From: the human T2T-CHM13v2.0 reference genome, Homo sapiens
DNA length: 64,000 nucleotides
NCBI RefSeq assembly: GCF_009914755.1
Contig: NC_060934.1
Reading direction: 5' to 3' (one strand)
Part shown: positions 37,601 to 51,800 of the stretch, piece by piece
Layout: each line of letters begins with the position of its first letter
Position numbering within the stretch: the stretch's first letter is position 1
The notes under the pieces: generated by a model
What the model was told of the DNA's origin: nothing
What the model saw: the letters and a program-made list of their open reading frames with translations, nothing else
The model's database searches: none
Translations under genes and position numbers: made by a program

Positions 37601-40600
37601 TAAGTCTGCAGGTGGATATTTGGCCCTCTTTGAGCCCTTCGTTGGAAACGGGATTTCCTCATATAATGCTAGACAGAAGAATTCTCAGTAACTTCTTTGT
37701 GTTGTTTGTATTCAACACACAGATTTGAACCTTCCTTTAGAGAGAGCAGATTTGAAACACTCTGTTTTTGGAATTTGCAAGTGCAGATTTCAAGCGCTTC
37801 TAGGCCTATGGCAGAAAAGGAAATATCTTCGTATAAAAACTACACAGAATCATTCTCAACAACTACTTTGTGATGTGTGCGTTCAACTCACAGAGTTTAA
37901 CCTTTCTTTTCATAGAGCAGTTTGGAAACACTCTGTTTGTAAAGCCTGCAAGTGCTTTTTTGGACTTCATTGAGGCCTTCGTTGGAAACGGGATTTCTTC
38001 ATATAATGCTAGACAGAAGAATTCTCAGTCACTTCTTTGTGTTGTGTGTATTCAAGTCACAGAGTTGAACCTTCCTTTAGACAGAGCAGTTTTGAAAAAT
38101 TCTTTCTGTGGAGTTTGCAAGTGGAGATTTCAAGCGATTTGAGGCTAATCTTTGAAATGGAAATATCTTCGTGTAAAAACTACACAGAATCATTCTCAGA
38201 AACTGCTTTGTCATCTGTGCGTTCAGTTCACAGAGTTTCACCTTTCTCTTCATAGAGCAGTTTGGAAAGACTCTGTCTGTAAAGTCTGCAAGTGATTAGT
38301 TAGACCCCTTTGAGGCCTTCGTTGGAAGCGGGATTTCTCATTTACTGCTAGACAGAAGAATTCTCAGTAAATCCTTTGTGTTGTGTGTATTCAACTCACA
38401 GAGTGGAACCTTCCTTTATTCAGAGCAGTTTTGAAAAACTCTTTTTGTGGAATTTGCAAGTGGAGATTTCAAGCGATTTGACGCCAATCTTAGACATGGA
38501 AATGTCTTCATATTAAAAGTACACAGAGTCATTCGTAGAAACTAGTTTGTGATGTGTGCCTTCAACTCACAGAGTTTAACCTTTCTTTTCATAGAGCAGT
38601 TGGGAAACACTCTATTTGTAAAGTCTGCAAGTGGATATTTGGACCTCTTTGAGGCCTTCGTTGGAAACGGGATTTCTTCATACAACGCTAGAGAGAAGAA
38701 TTCTCAGTAACTTCTTTGTGTTGTGTGTATTCAACTCACAGAGTTGAACCTTTCTTTAGAGAGAGCAGAGTTGAAACACTCTGTTTTTGGAATTTGCAAG
38801 TGCAGATTTCAAGCGCTTCTAGGCCTATGGCAGAAAAGGAAATATCTTCGTATAAAAACTACACAGAATCATTCTCAACAACTACTTTGTGATGTGTGCG
38901 TTCAACTCACAGAGTTTAACCTTTCTTTTCATAGAGCAGTTTGGAAACACTCTGTTTGTAAAGCCTGCAAGTGCTTTTTTGGACTTCATTGAGGCCTTCG
39001 TTGGAAACGGGATTTCTTCATGTAATGCTAGACAGAAGAATTCTCAGTCACTTCTTTGTGTTGTGTGTATTCAAGTCACAGAGTTGAACCTTCCTTTAGA
39101 CAGAGCAGTTTTGAAAAATTCTTTCTGTGGAATTTGCAAGTGGAGATTTCAAGCGATTTGAGGCTAATCTTTGAAATGGAAATATCTTCGTGTAAAAACT
39201 ACACAGAATCATTCTCAGAAACTGCTTTGTCATCTGTGCGTTCAGTTCACAGAGTTTCACCTTTCTCTTCATAGAGCAGTTTGGAAAGACTCTGTAAAGT
39301 CTGCAAGTGATTAGTTAGACCCCTTTGAGGCCTTCGTTGGAAGCGGGATTTCTCATTTACTGCTAGACAGAAGAATTCTCAGTAAATCCTTTGTGTTGTG
39401 TGTATTCAACTCACAGAGTGGAACCTTCCTTTATTCAGAGCAGTTTTGAAACACTCTTTTTGTGGAATTTGCAAGTGGAGATTTCAAGCGATTTGACGCC
39501 AATCTTAGACATGGAAATATCTTCATATTAAAAGTACACAGAGTCATTCGTAGAAACTAGTTTGTGATGTGTGCCTTCAACTCACAGAGTTTAACCTTTC
39601 TTTTCATAGAGCAGTTGGGAAACACTCTATTTGTAAAGTCTGCAAGTGGATATTTGGACCTCTTTGAGGCCTTCGTTGGAAACGGGATTGCTTCATATAA
39701 CGCTAGACAGAAGAATTCTCAGTAACTTCTTTGTGTTGTGTGTATTCAACTCACAGAGTTGAACCTTTCTTTAGAGGGAGCAGAGGTGAAACACTCTTTT
39801 TGTGGAATTTGCTAGTGTAGATTTCAAACGCTTCGAAGACAGTGATAGAAAAGGATATATCTTCGTATTAAAAGTAGACAAAATCATTCTCAGAAAACTC
39901 TTTGTGATGTGTGTGTTCAACTCACAGAGTTTAACCTTTCTTTAATCGAGCAGTTTGGAAATACACTCTTTTTAAGTCTGCAGGTGGATATTTGGCCCTC
40001 TTTGAGCCCTTCGTTGGAAACGGGATTTCCTCATATAATGCTAGACAGAAGAATTCTCAGTAACTTCTTTGTGTTGTTTGTATTCAACACACAGATTTGA
40101 ACCTTCCTTTAGAGAGAGCAGATTTGAAACACTCTGTTTTTGGAATTTGCAAGTGCAGATTTCAAGCGCTTCTAGGCCTATGGCAGAAAAGGAAATATCT
40201 TCGTATAAAAACTACACAGAATCATTCTCAACAACTACTTTGTGATGTGTGCGTTCAACTCACAGAGTTTAACCTTTCTTTTCATAGAGCAGTTTGGAAA
40301 CACTCTGTTTGTAAAGCCTGCAAGTGCTTTTTTGGACTTCATTGAGGCCTTCGTTGGAAACGGGATTTCTTCATATAATGCTAGACAGAAGAATTCTCAG
40401 TCACTTCTTTGTGTTGTGTGTATTCAAGTCACAGAGTTGAACCTTCCTTTAGACAGAGCAGTTTTGAAAAATTCTTTCTGTGGAGTTTGCAAGTGGAGAT
40501 TTCAAGCGATTTGAGGCTAATCTTTGAAATGGAAATATCTTCGTGTAAAAACTACACAGAATCATTCTCAGAAACTGCTTTGTCATCTGTGCGTTCAGTT

Positions 40601-42764
40601 CACAGAGTTTCACCTTTCTCTTCATAGAGCAGTTTGGAAAGACTCTGTCTGTAAAGTCTGCAAGTGATTAGTTAGACCCCTTTGAGGCCTTCGTTGGAAG
40701 CGGGATTTCTCATTTACTGCTAGACAGAAGAATTCTCAGTAAATCCTTTGTGTTGTGTGTATTCAACTCACAGAGTGGAACCTTCCTTTATTCAGAGCAG
40801 TTTTGAAAAACTCTTTTTGTGGAATTTGCAAGTGGAGATTTCAAGCGATTTGACGCCAATCTTAGACATGGAAATGTCTTCATATTAAAAGTACACAGAG
40901 TCATTCGTAGAAACTAGTTTGTGATGTGTGCCTTCAACTCACAGAGTTTAACCTTTCTTTTCATAGAGCAGTTGGGAAACACTCTATTTGTAAAGTCTGC
41001 AAGTGGATATTTGGACCTCTTTGAGGCCTTCGTTGGAAACGGGATTTCTTCATACAACGCTAGAGAGAAGAATTCTCAGTAACTTCTTTGTGTTGTGTGT
41101 ATTCAACTCACAGAGTTGAACCTTTCTTTAGAGAGAGCAGAGTTGAAACACTCTGTTTTTGGAATTTGCAAGTGCAGATTTCAAGCGCTTCTAGGCCTAT
41201 GGCAGAAAAGGAAATATCTTCGTATAAAAACTACACAGAATCATTCTCAACAACTACTTTGTGATGTGTGCGTTCAACTCACAGAGTTTAACCTTTCTTT
41301 TCATAGAGCAGTTTGGAAACACTCTGTTTGTAAAGCCTGCAAGTGCTTTTTTGGACTTCATTGAGGCCTTCGTTGGAAACGGGATTTCTTCATGTAATGC
41401 TAGACAGAAGAATTCTCAGTCACTTCTTTGTGTTGTGTGTATTCAAGTCACAGAGTTGAACCTTCCTTTAGACAGAGCAGTTTTGAAAAATTCTTTCTGT
41501 GGAATTTGCAAGTGGAGATTTCAAGCGATTTGAGGCTAATCTTTGAAATGGAAATATCTTCGTGTAAAAACTACACAGAATCATTCTCAGAAACTGCTTT
41601 GTCATCTGTGCGTTCAGTTCACAGAGTTTCACCTTTCTCTTCATAGAGCAGTTTGGAAAGACTCTGTCTGTAAAGTCTGCAAGTGATTAGTTAGACCCCT
41701 TTGAGGCCTTCGTTGGAAGCGGGATTTCTCATTTACTGCTAGACAGAAGAATTCTCAGTAAATCCTTTGTGTTGTGTGTATTCAACTCACAGAGTGGAAC
41801 CTTCCTTTATTCAGAGCAGTTTTGAAACACTCTTTTTGTGGAATTTGCAAGTGGAGATTTCAAGCGATTTGACGCCAATCTTAGACATGGAAATATCTTC
41901 ATATTAAAAGTACACAGAGTCATTCGTAGAAACTAGTTTGTGATGTGTGCCTTCAACTCACAGAGTTTAACCTTTCTTTTCATAGAGCAGTTGGGAAACA
42001 CTCTATTTGTAAAGTCTGCAAGTGGATATTTGGACCTCTTTGAGGCCTTCGTTGGAAACGGGATTTCTTCATATAACGCTAGACAGAAGAATTCTCAGTA
42101 ACTTCTTTGTGTTGTGTGTATTCAACTCACAGAGTTGAACCTTTCTTTAGAGGGAGCAGAGGTGAAACACTCTTTTTGTGGAATTTGCTAGTGTAGATTT
42201 CAAACGCTTCGAAGACAGTGATAGAAAAGGATATATCTTCGTATTAAAAGTAGACAAAATCATTCTCAGAAAACTCTTTGTGATGTGTGTGTTCAACTCA
42301 CAGAGTTTAACCTTTCTTTAATCGAGCAGTTTGGAAATACACTCTTTGTAAGTCTGCAGGTGGATATTTGGCCCTCTTTGAGCCCTTCGTTGGAAACGGG
42401 ATTTCCTCATATAATGCTAGACAGAAGAATTCTCAGTAACTTCTTTGTGTTGTTTGTATTCAACACACAGATTTGAACCTTCCTTTAGAGAGAGCAGATT
42501 TGAAGCACTCTGTTTTTGGAATTTGCAAGTGCAGATTTCAAGCGCTTCTAGGCCTATGGCAGAAAAGGAAATATCTTCGTATAAAAACTACACAGAATCA
42601 TTCTCAACAACTACTTTGTGATGTGTGCGTTCAACTCACAGAGTTTAACCTTTCTTTTCATAGAGCAGTTTGGAAACACTCTGTTTGTAAAGCCTGCAAG
42701 TGCTTTTTTGGACTTCATTGAGGCCTTCGTTGGAAACGGGATTTCTTCATATAATGCTAGACAG
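34622..42764 (+). repeat. Super-HOR block D: 6-6-8-6-8(del4)-6-8 (48 monomers, 8,143 bp)
   Basis: 4x1019 + 2x1357 + 1353. The 4-bp deletion at ~39288 recurs 8,143 bp later at ~47431. Confidence 0.9.
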
Positions 42765-45700
42765 AAGAATTCTCAGTCACTTCTTTGTGTTGTGTGTATT
42801 CAAGTCACAGAGTTGAACCTTCCTTTAGACAGAGCAGTTTTGAAAAATTCTTTCTGTGGAGTTTGCAAGTGGAGATTTCAAGCGATTTGAGGCTAATCTT
42901 TGAAATGGAAATATCTTCGTGTAAAAACTACACAGAATCATTCTCAGAAACTGCTTTGTCATCTGTGCGTTCAGTTCACAGAGTTTCACCTTTCTCTTCA
43001 TAGAGCAGTTTGGAAAGACTCTGTCTGTAAAGTCTGCAAGTGATTAGTTAGACCCCTTTGAGGCCTTCGTTGGAAGCGGGATTTCTCATTTACTGCTAGA
43101 CAGAAGAATTCTCAGTAAATCCTTTGTGTTGTGTGTATTCAACTCACAGAGTGGAACCTTCCTTTATTCAGAGCAGTTTTGAAAAACACTTTTTGTGGAA
43201 TTTGCAAGTGGAGATTTCAAGCGATTTGACGCCAATCTTAGACATGGAAATATCTTCATATTAAAAGTACACAGAGTCATTCGTAGAAACTAGTTTGTGA
43301 TGTGTGCCTTCAACTCACAGAGTTTAACCTTTCTTTTCATAGAGCAGTTTGGAAACACTCTATTTGTAAAGTCTGCAAGTGGATATTTGGACCTCTTTGA
43401 GGCCTTCGTTGGAAACGGGATTTCTTCATACAACGCTAGACAGAAGAATTCTCAGTAACTTCTTTGTGTTGTGTGTATTCAACTCACAGAGTTGAACCTT
43501 TCTTTAGAGAGAGCAGAGTTGAAACACTCTGTTTTTGGAATTTGCAACTGCAGATTTCAAGCGATTCTTGGCCTATGGCAGAAAAGGAAATATCTTCGTA
43601 TAAAAACTACACAGAATCATTCTCAACAACTACTTTGTGATGTGTGCGTTCAACTCACAGAGTTTAACCTTTCTTTTCATAGAGCAGTTTGGAAACACTC
43701 TGTTTGTAAAGCCTGCAAGTGCTTTTTTGGACTTCATTGAGGCCTTCGTTGGAAACGGGATTTCTTCATGTAATGCTAGACAGAAGAATTCTCAGTCACT
43801 TCTTTGTGTTGTGTGTATTCAAGTCACAGAGTTGAACCTTCCTTTAGACAGAGCAGTTTTGAAAAATTCTTTCTGTGGAGTTTGCAAGTGGAGATTTCAA
43901 GCGATTTGAGGCTAATCTTTGAAATGGAAATATCTTCGTGTAAAAACTACACAGAATCATTCTCAGAAACTGCTTTGTCATCTGTGCGTTCAGTTCACAG
44001 AGTTTCACCTTTCTCTTCATAGAGCAGTTTGGAAAGACTCTGTCTGTAAAGTCTGCAAGTGATTAGTTAGACCCCTTTGAGGCCTTCGTTGGAAGCGGGA
44101 TTTCTCATTTACTGCTAGACAGAAGAATTCTCAGTAAATCCTTTGTGTTGTGTGTATTCAACTCACAGAGTGGAACCTTCCTTTATTCAGAGCAGTTTTG
44201 AAAAACACTTTTTGTGGAATTTGCAAGTGGAGATTTCAAGCGATTTGACGCCAATCTTAGACATGGAAATATCTTCATATTAAAAGTACACAGAGTCATT
44301 CGTAGAAACTAGTTTGTGATGTGTGCCTTCAACTCACAGAGTTTAACCTTTCTTTTCATAGAGCAGTTGGGAAACACTCTATTTGTAAAGTCTGCAAGTG
44401 GATATTTGGACCTCTTTGAGGCCTTCGTTGGAAACGGGATTTCTTCATACAACGCTAGACAGAAGAATTCTCAGTAACTTCTTTGTGTTGTGTGTATTCA
44501 ACTCACAGAGTTGAACCTTTCTTTAGAGAGAGCAGAGTTGAAACACTCTGTTTTTGGAATTTGCAACTGCAGATTTCAAGCGATTCTTGGCCTATGGCAG
44601 AAAAGGAAATATCTTCGTATAAAAACTACACAGAATCATTCTCAACAACTACTTTGTGATGTGTGCGTTCAACTCACAGAGATTAACCTTTCTTTTCATA
44701 GAGCAGTTTGGAAACACTCTGTTTGTAAAGCCTGCAAGTGCTTTTTTGGACTTCATTGAGGCCTTCGTTGGAAACGGGATTTCTTCATGTAATGCTAGAC
44801 AGAAGAATTCTCAGTCACTTCTTTGTGTTGTGTGTATTCAAGTCACAGAGTTGAACCTTCCTTTAGACAGAGCAGTTTTGAAAAATTCTTTCTGTGGAGT
44901 TTGCAAGTGGAGATTTCAAGCGATTTGAGGCTAATCTTTGAAATGGAAATATCTTCGTGTAAAAACTACACAGAATCATTCTCAGAAACTGCTTTGTCAT
45001 CTGTGCGTTCAGTTCACAGAGTTTCACCTTTCTCTTCATAGAGCAGTTTGGAAAGACTCTGTCTGTAAAGTCTGCAAGTGATTAGTTAGACCCCTTTGAG
45101 GCCTTCGTTGGAAGCGGGATTTCTCATTTACTGCTAGACAGAAGAATTCTCAGTAAATCCTTTGTGTTGTGTGTATTCAACTCACAGAGTGGAACCTTCC
45201 TTTATTCAGAGCAGTTTTGAAACACTCTTTTTGTGGAATTTGCAAGTGGAGATTTCAAGCGATTTGACGCCAATCTTAGACATGGAAATATCTTCATATT
45301 AAAAGTACACAGAGTCATTCGTAGAAACTAGTTTGTGATGTGTGCCTTCAACTCACAGAGTTTAACCTTTCTTTTCATAGAGCAGTTGGGAAACACTCTA
45401 TTTGTAAAGTCTGCAAGTGGATATTTGGACCTCTTTGAGGCCTTCGTTGGAAACGGGATTTCTTCATACAACGCTAGACAGAAGAATTCTCAGTAACTTC
45501 TTTGTGTTGTGTGTATTCAACTCACAGAGTTGAACCTTTCTTTAGAGGGAGCAGAGGTGAAACACTCTTTTTGTGGAATTTGCTAGTGTAGATTTCAAAC
45601 GCTTCGAAGACAGTGATAGAAAAGGATGTATCTTCGTATTAAAAGTAGACAAAATCATTCTCAGAAAACTCTTTGTGATGTGTGTGTTCAACTCACAGAG

Positions 45701-47178
45701 TTTAACCTTTCTTTAATCGAGCAGTTTGGAAATACACTCTTTGTAAGTCTGCAGGTGGATATTTGGCCCTCTTTGAGCCCTTCGTTGGAAACGGGATTTC
45801 CTCATATAATGCTAGACAGAAGAATTCTCAGTAACTTCTTTGTGTTGTTTGTATTCAACACACAGATTTGAACCTTCCTTTAGAGAGAGCAGATTTGAAA
45901 CACTCTGTTTTTGGAATTTGCAAGTGCAGATTTCAAGCGCTTCTAGGCCTATGGCAGAAAAGGAAATATCTTCGTATAAAAACTACACAGAATCATTCTC
46001 AACAACTACTTTGTGATGTGTGCGTTCAACTCACAGAGTTTAACCTTTCTTTTCATAGAGCAGTTTGGAAACACTCTGTTTGTAAAGCCTGCAAGTGCTT
46101 TTTTGGACTTCATTGAGGCCTTCGTTGGAAACGGGATTTCTTCATATAATGCTAGACAGAAGAATTCTCAGTCACTTCTTTGTGTTGTGTGTATTCAAGT
46201 CACAGAGTTGAACCTTCCTTTAGACAGAGCAGTTTTGAAAAATTCTTTCTGTGGAGTTTGCAAGTGGAGATTTCAAGCGATTTGAGGCTAATCTTTGAAA
46301 TGGAAATATCTTCGTGTAAAAACTACACAGAATCATTCTCAGAAACTGCTTTGTCATCTGTGCGTTCAGTTCACAGAGTTTCACCTTTCTCTTCATAGAG
46401 CAGTTTGGAAAGACTCTGTCTGTAAAGTCTGCAAGTGATTAGTTAGACCCCTTTGAGGCCTTCGTTGGAAGCGGGATTTCTCATTTACTGCTAGACAGAA
46501 GAATTCTCAGTAAATCCTTTGTGTTGTGTGTATTCAACTCACAGAGTGGAACCTTCCTTTATTCAGAGCAGTTTTGAAAAACTCTTTTTGTGGAATTTGC
46601 AAGTGGAGATTTCAAGCGATTTGACGCCAATCTTAGACATGGAAATGTCTTCATATTAAAAGTACACAGAGTCATTCGTAGAAACTAGTTTGTGATGTGT
46701 GCCTTCAACTCACAGAGTTTAACCTTTCTTTTCATAGAGCAGTTGGGAAACACTCTATTTGTAAAGTCTGCAAGTGGATATTTGGACCTCTTTGAGGCCT
46801 TCGTTGGAAACGGGATTTCTTCATACAACGCTAGACAGAAGAATTCTCAGTAACTTCTTTGTGTTGTGTGTATTCAACTCACAGAGTTGAACCTTTCTTT
46901 AGAGAGAGCAGAGTTGAAACACTCTGTTTTTGGAATTTGCAAGTGCAGATTTCAAGCGCTTCTAGGCCTATGGCAGAAAAGGAAATATCTTCGTATAAAA
47001 ACTACACAGAATCATTCTCAACAACTACTTTGTGATGTGTGCGTTCAACTCACAGAGTTTAACCTTTCTTTTCATAGAGCAGTTTGGAAACACTCTGTTT
47101 GTAAAGCCTGCAAGTGCTTTTTTGGACTTCATTGAGGCCTTCGTTGGAAACGGGATTTCTTCATGTAATGCTAGACAG

Positions 47179-48871
47179 AAGAATTCTCAGTCACTTCTTT
47201 GTGTTGTGTGTATTCAAGTCACAGAGTTGAACCTTCCTTTAGACAGAGCAGTTTTGAAAAATTCTTTCTGTGGAATTTGCAAGTGGAGATTTCAAGCGAT
47301 TTGAGGCTAATCTTTGAAATGGAAATATCTTCGTGTAAAAACTACACAGAATCATTCTCAGAAACTGCTTTGTCATCTGTGCGTTCAGTTCACAGAGTTT
47401 CACCTTTCTCTTCATAGAGCAGTTTGGAAAGACTCTGTAAAGTCTGCAAGTGATTAGTTAGACCCCTTTGAGGCCTTCGTTGGAAGCGGGATTTCTCATT
47501 TACTGCTAGACAGAAGAATTCTCAGTAAATCCTTTGTGTTGTGTGTATTCAACTCACAGAGTGGAACCTTCCTTTATTCAGAGCAGTTTTGAAACACTCT
47601 TTTTGTGGAATTTGCAAGTGGAGATTTCAAGCGATTTGACGCCAATCTTAGACATGGAAATATCTTCATATTAAAAGTACACAGAGTCATTCGTAGAAAC
47701 TAGTTTGTGATGTGTGCCTTCAACTCACAGAGTTTAACCTTTCTTTTCATAGAGCAGTTGGGAAACACTCTATTTGTAAAGTCTGCAAGTGGATATTTGG
47801 ACCTCTTTGAGGCCTTCGTTGGAAACGGGATTTCTTCATATAACGCTAGACAGAAGAATTCTCAGTAACTTCTTTGTGTTGTGTGTATTCAACTCACAGA
47901 GTTGAACCTTTCTTTAGAGGGAGCAGAGGTGAAACACTCTTTTTGTGGAATTTGCTAGTGTAGATTTCAAACGCTTCGAAGACAGTGATAGAAAAGGATA
48001 TATCTTCGTATTAAAAGTAGACAAAATCATTCTCAGAAAACTCTTTGTGATGTGTGTGTTCAACTCACAGAGTTTAACCTTTCTTTAATCGAGCAGTTTG
48101 GAAATTCACTCTTTGTAAGTCTGCAGGTGGATATTTGGCCCTCTTTGAGCCCTTCGTTGGAAACGGGATTTCCTCATATAATGCTAGACAGAAGAATTCT
48201 CAGTAACTTCTTTGTGTTGTTTGTATTCAACACACAGATTTGAACCTTCCTTTAGAGAGAGCAGATTTGAAACACTCTGTTTTTGGAATTTGCAAGTGCA
48301 GATTTCAAGCGCTTCTAGGCCTATGGCAGAAAAGGAAATATCTTCGTATAAAAACTACACAGAATCATTCTCAACAACTACTTTGTGATGTGTGCGTTCA
48401 ACTCACAGAGTTTAACCTTTCTTTTCATAGAGCAGTTTGGAAACACTCTGTTTGTAAAGCCTGCAAGTGCTTTTTTGGACTTCATTGAGGCCTTCGTTGG
48501 AAACGGGATTTCTTCATATAATGCTAGACAGAAGAATTCTCAGTAACTTCTTTGTGTTGTGTGTATTCAACTCACAGAGTTGAACCTTTCTTTAGAGAGA
48601 GCAGAGTTGAAACACTCTGTTTTTGGAATTTGCAACTGCAGATTTCAAGCGATTCTAGGCCTATGGCAGAAAAGGAAATATCTTCGTATAAAAACTACAC
48701 AGAATCATTCTCAACAACTACTTTGTGATGTGTGCGTTCAACTCACAGAGTTTAACCTTTCTTTTCATAGAGCAGTTTGGAAACACTCTGTTTGTAAAGC
48801 CTGCAAGTGCTTTTTTGGACTTCATTGAGGCCTTCGTTGGAAACGGGATTTCTTCATATAATGCTAGACAG
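47179..48871 (+). repeat. 10-mer HOR variant with 4-bp deletion (1693 bp)
   Basis: Marker spacing 47199 to 48892. An 8-mer is followed by an extra 340 bp dimer (48532-48871) of the 6-mer hybrid type. Confidence 0.93.
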
Positions 48872-51800
48872 AAGAATTCTCAGTCACTTCTTTGTGTTGT
48901 GTGTATTCAAGTCACAGAGTTGAACCTTCCTTTAGACAGAGCAGTTTTGAAAAATTCTTTCTGTGGAGTTTGCAAGTGGAGATTTCAAGCGATTTGAGGC
49001 TAATCTTTGAAATGGAAATATCTTCGTGTAAAAACTACACAGAATCATTCTCAGAAACTGCTTTGTCATCTGTGCGTTCAGTTCACAGAGTTTCACCTTT
49101 CTCTTCATAGAGCAGTTTGGAAAGACTCTGTCTGTAAAGTCTGCAAGTGATTAGTTAGACCCCTTTGAGGCCTTCGTTGGAAGCGGGATTTCTCATTTAC
49201 TGCTAGACAGAAGAATTCTCAGTAAATCCTTTGTGTTGTGTGTATTCAACTCACAGAGTGGAACCTTCCTTTATTCAGAGCAGTTTTGAAAAACACTTTT
49301 TGTGGAATTTGCAAGTGGAGATTTCAAGCGATTTGACGCCAATCTTAGACATGGAAATATCTTCATATTAAAAGTACACAGAGTCATTCGTAGAAACTAG
49401 TTTGTGATGTGTGCCTTCAACTCACAGAGTTTAACCTTTCTTTTCATAGAGCAGTTTGGAAACACTCTATTTGTAAAGTCTGCAAGTGGATATTTGGACC
49501 TCTTTGAGGCCTTCGTTGGAAACGGGATTTCTTCATACAACGCTAGAGAGAAGAATTCTCAGTAACTTCTTTGTGTTGTGTGTATTCAACTCACAGAGTT
49601 GAACCTTTCTTTAGAGAGAGCAGAGTTGAAACACTCTGTTTTTGAAATTTGCAAGTGCAGATTTCAAGCGCTTCTAGGCCTATGGCAGAAAAGGAAATAT
49701 CTTCGTATAAAAACTACACAGAATCATTCTCAACAACTACTTTGTGATGTGTGCGTTCAACTCACAGAGTTTAACCTTTCTTTTCATAGAGCAGTTTGGA
49801 AACACTCTGTTTGTAAAGCCTGCAAGTGCTTTTTTGGACTTCATTGAGGCCTTCGTTGGAAACGGGATTTCTTCATGTAATGCTAGACAGAAGAATTCTC
49901 AGTCACTTCTTTGTGTTGTGTGTATTCAAGTCACAGAGTTGAACCTTCCTTTAGACAGAGCAGTTTTGAAAAATTCTTTCTGTGGAATTTGCAAGTGGAG
50001 ATTTCAAGCGATTTGAGGCTAATCTTTGAAATGGAAATATCTTCGTGTAAAAACTACACAGAATCATTCTCAGAAACTGCTTTGTCATCTGTGCGTTCAG
50101 TTCACAGAGTTTCACCTTTCTCTTCATAGAGCAGTTTGGAAAGACTCTGTAAAGTCTGCAAGTGATTAGTTAGACCCCTTTGAGGCCTTCGTTGGAAGCG
50201 GGATTTCTCATTTACTGCTAGACAGAAGAATTCTCAGTAAATCCTTTGTGTTGTGTGTATTCAACTCACAGAGTGGAACCTTCCTTTATTCAGAGCAGTT
50301 TTGAAACACTCTTTTTGTGGAATTTGCAAGTGGAGATTTCAAGCGATTTGACGCCAATCTTAGACATGGAAATATCTTCATATTAAAAGTACACAGAGTC
50401 ATTCGTAGAAACTAGTTTGTGATGTGTGCCTTCAACTCACAGAGTTTAACCTTTCTTTTCATAGAGCAGTTGGGAAACACTCTATTTGTAAAGTCTGCAA
50501 GTGGATATTTGGACCTCTTTGAGGCCTTCGTTGGAAACGGGATTTCTTCATATAACGCTAGACAGAAGAATTCTCAGTAACTTCTTTGTGTTGTGTGTAT
50601 TCAACTCACAGAGTTGAACCTTTCTTTAGAGGGAGCAGAGGTGAAACACTCTTTTTGTGGAATTTGCTAGTGTAGATTTCAAACGCTTCGAAGACAGTGA
50701 TAGAAAAGGATATATCTTCGTATTAAAAGTAGACAAAATCATTCTCAGAAAACTCTTTGTGATGTGTGTGTTCAACTCACAGAGTTTAACCTTTCTTTAA
50801 TCGAGCAGTTTGGAAATACACTCTTTGTAAGTCTGCAGGTGGATATTTGGCCCTCTTTGAGCCCTTCGTTGGAAACGGGATTTCCTCATATAATGCTAGA
50901 CAGAAGAATTCTCAGTAACTTCTTTGTGTTGTTTGTATTCAACACACAGATTTGAACCTTCCTTTAGAGAGAGCAGATTTGAAACACTCTGTTTTTGGAA
51001 TTTGCAAGTGCAGATTTCAAGCGCTTCTAGGCCTATGGCAGAAAAGGAAATATCTTCGTATAAAAACTACACAGAATCATTCTCAACAACTACTTTGTGA
51101 TGTGTGCGTTCAACTCACAGAGTTTAACCTTTCTTTTCATAGAGCAGTTTGGAAACACTCTGTTTGTAAAGCCTGCAAGTGCTTTTTTGGACTTCATTGA
51201 GGCCTTCGTTGGAAACGGGATTTCTTCATATAATGCTAGACAGAAGAATTCTCAGTCACTTCTTTGTGTTGTGTGTATTCAAGTCACAGAGTTGAACCTT
51301 CCTTTAGACAGAGCAGTATTGAAAAATTCTTTCTGTGGAGTTTGCAAGTGGAGATTTCAAGCGATTTGAGGCTAATCTTTGAAATGGAAATATCTTCGTG
51401 TAAAAACTACACAGAATCATTCTCAGAAACTGCTTTGTCATCTGTGCGTTCAGTTCACAGAGTTTCACCTTTCTCTTCATAGAGCAGTTTGGAAAGACTC
51501 TGTCTGTAAAGTCTGCAAGTGATTAGTTAGACCCCTTTGAGGCCTTCGTTGGAAGCGGGATTTCTCATTTACTGCTAGACAGAAGAATTCTCAGTAAATC
51601 CTTTGTGTTGTGTGTATTCAACTCACAGAGTGGAACCTTCCTTTATTCAGAGCAGTTTTGAAAAACACTTTTTGTGGAATTTGCAAGTGGAGATTTCAAG
51701 CGATTTGACGCCAATCTTAGACATGGAAATATCTTCATATTAAAAGTACACAGAGTCATTCGTAGAAACTAGTTTGTGATGTGTGCCTTCAACTCACAGA

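Noticed and set aside
1-42764. The 6/8 order as a Fibonacci-like or information-bearing code
   Set aside because: Nested tandem duplications and in-register deletions, traced by SNVs, explain the order; nothing supports a coding function.
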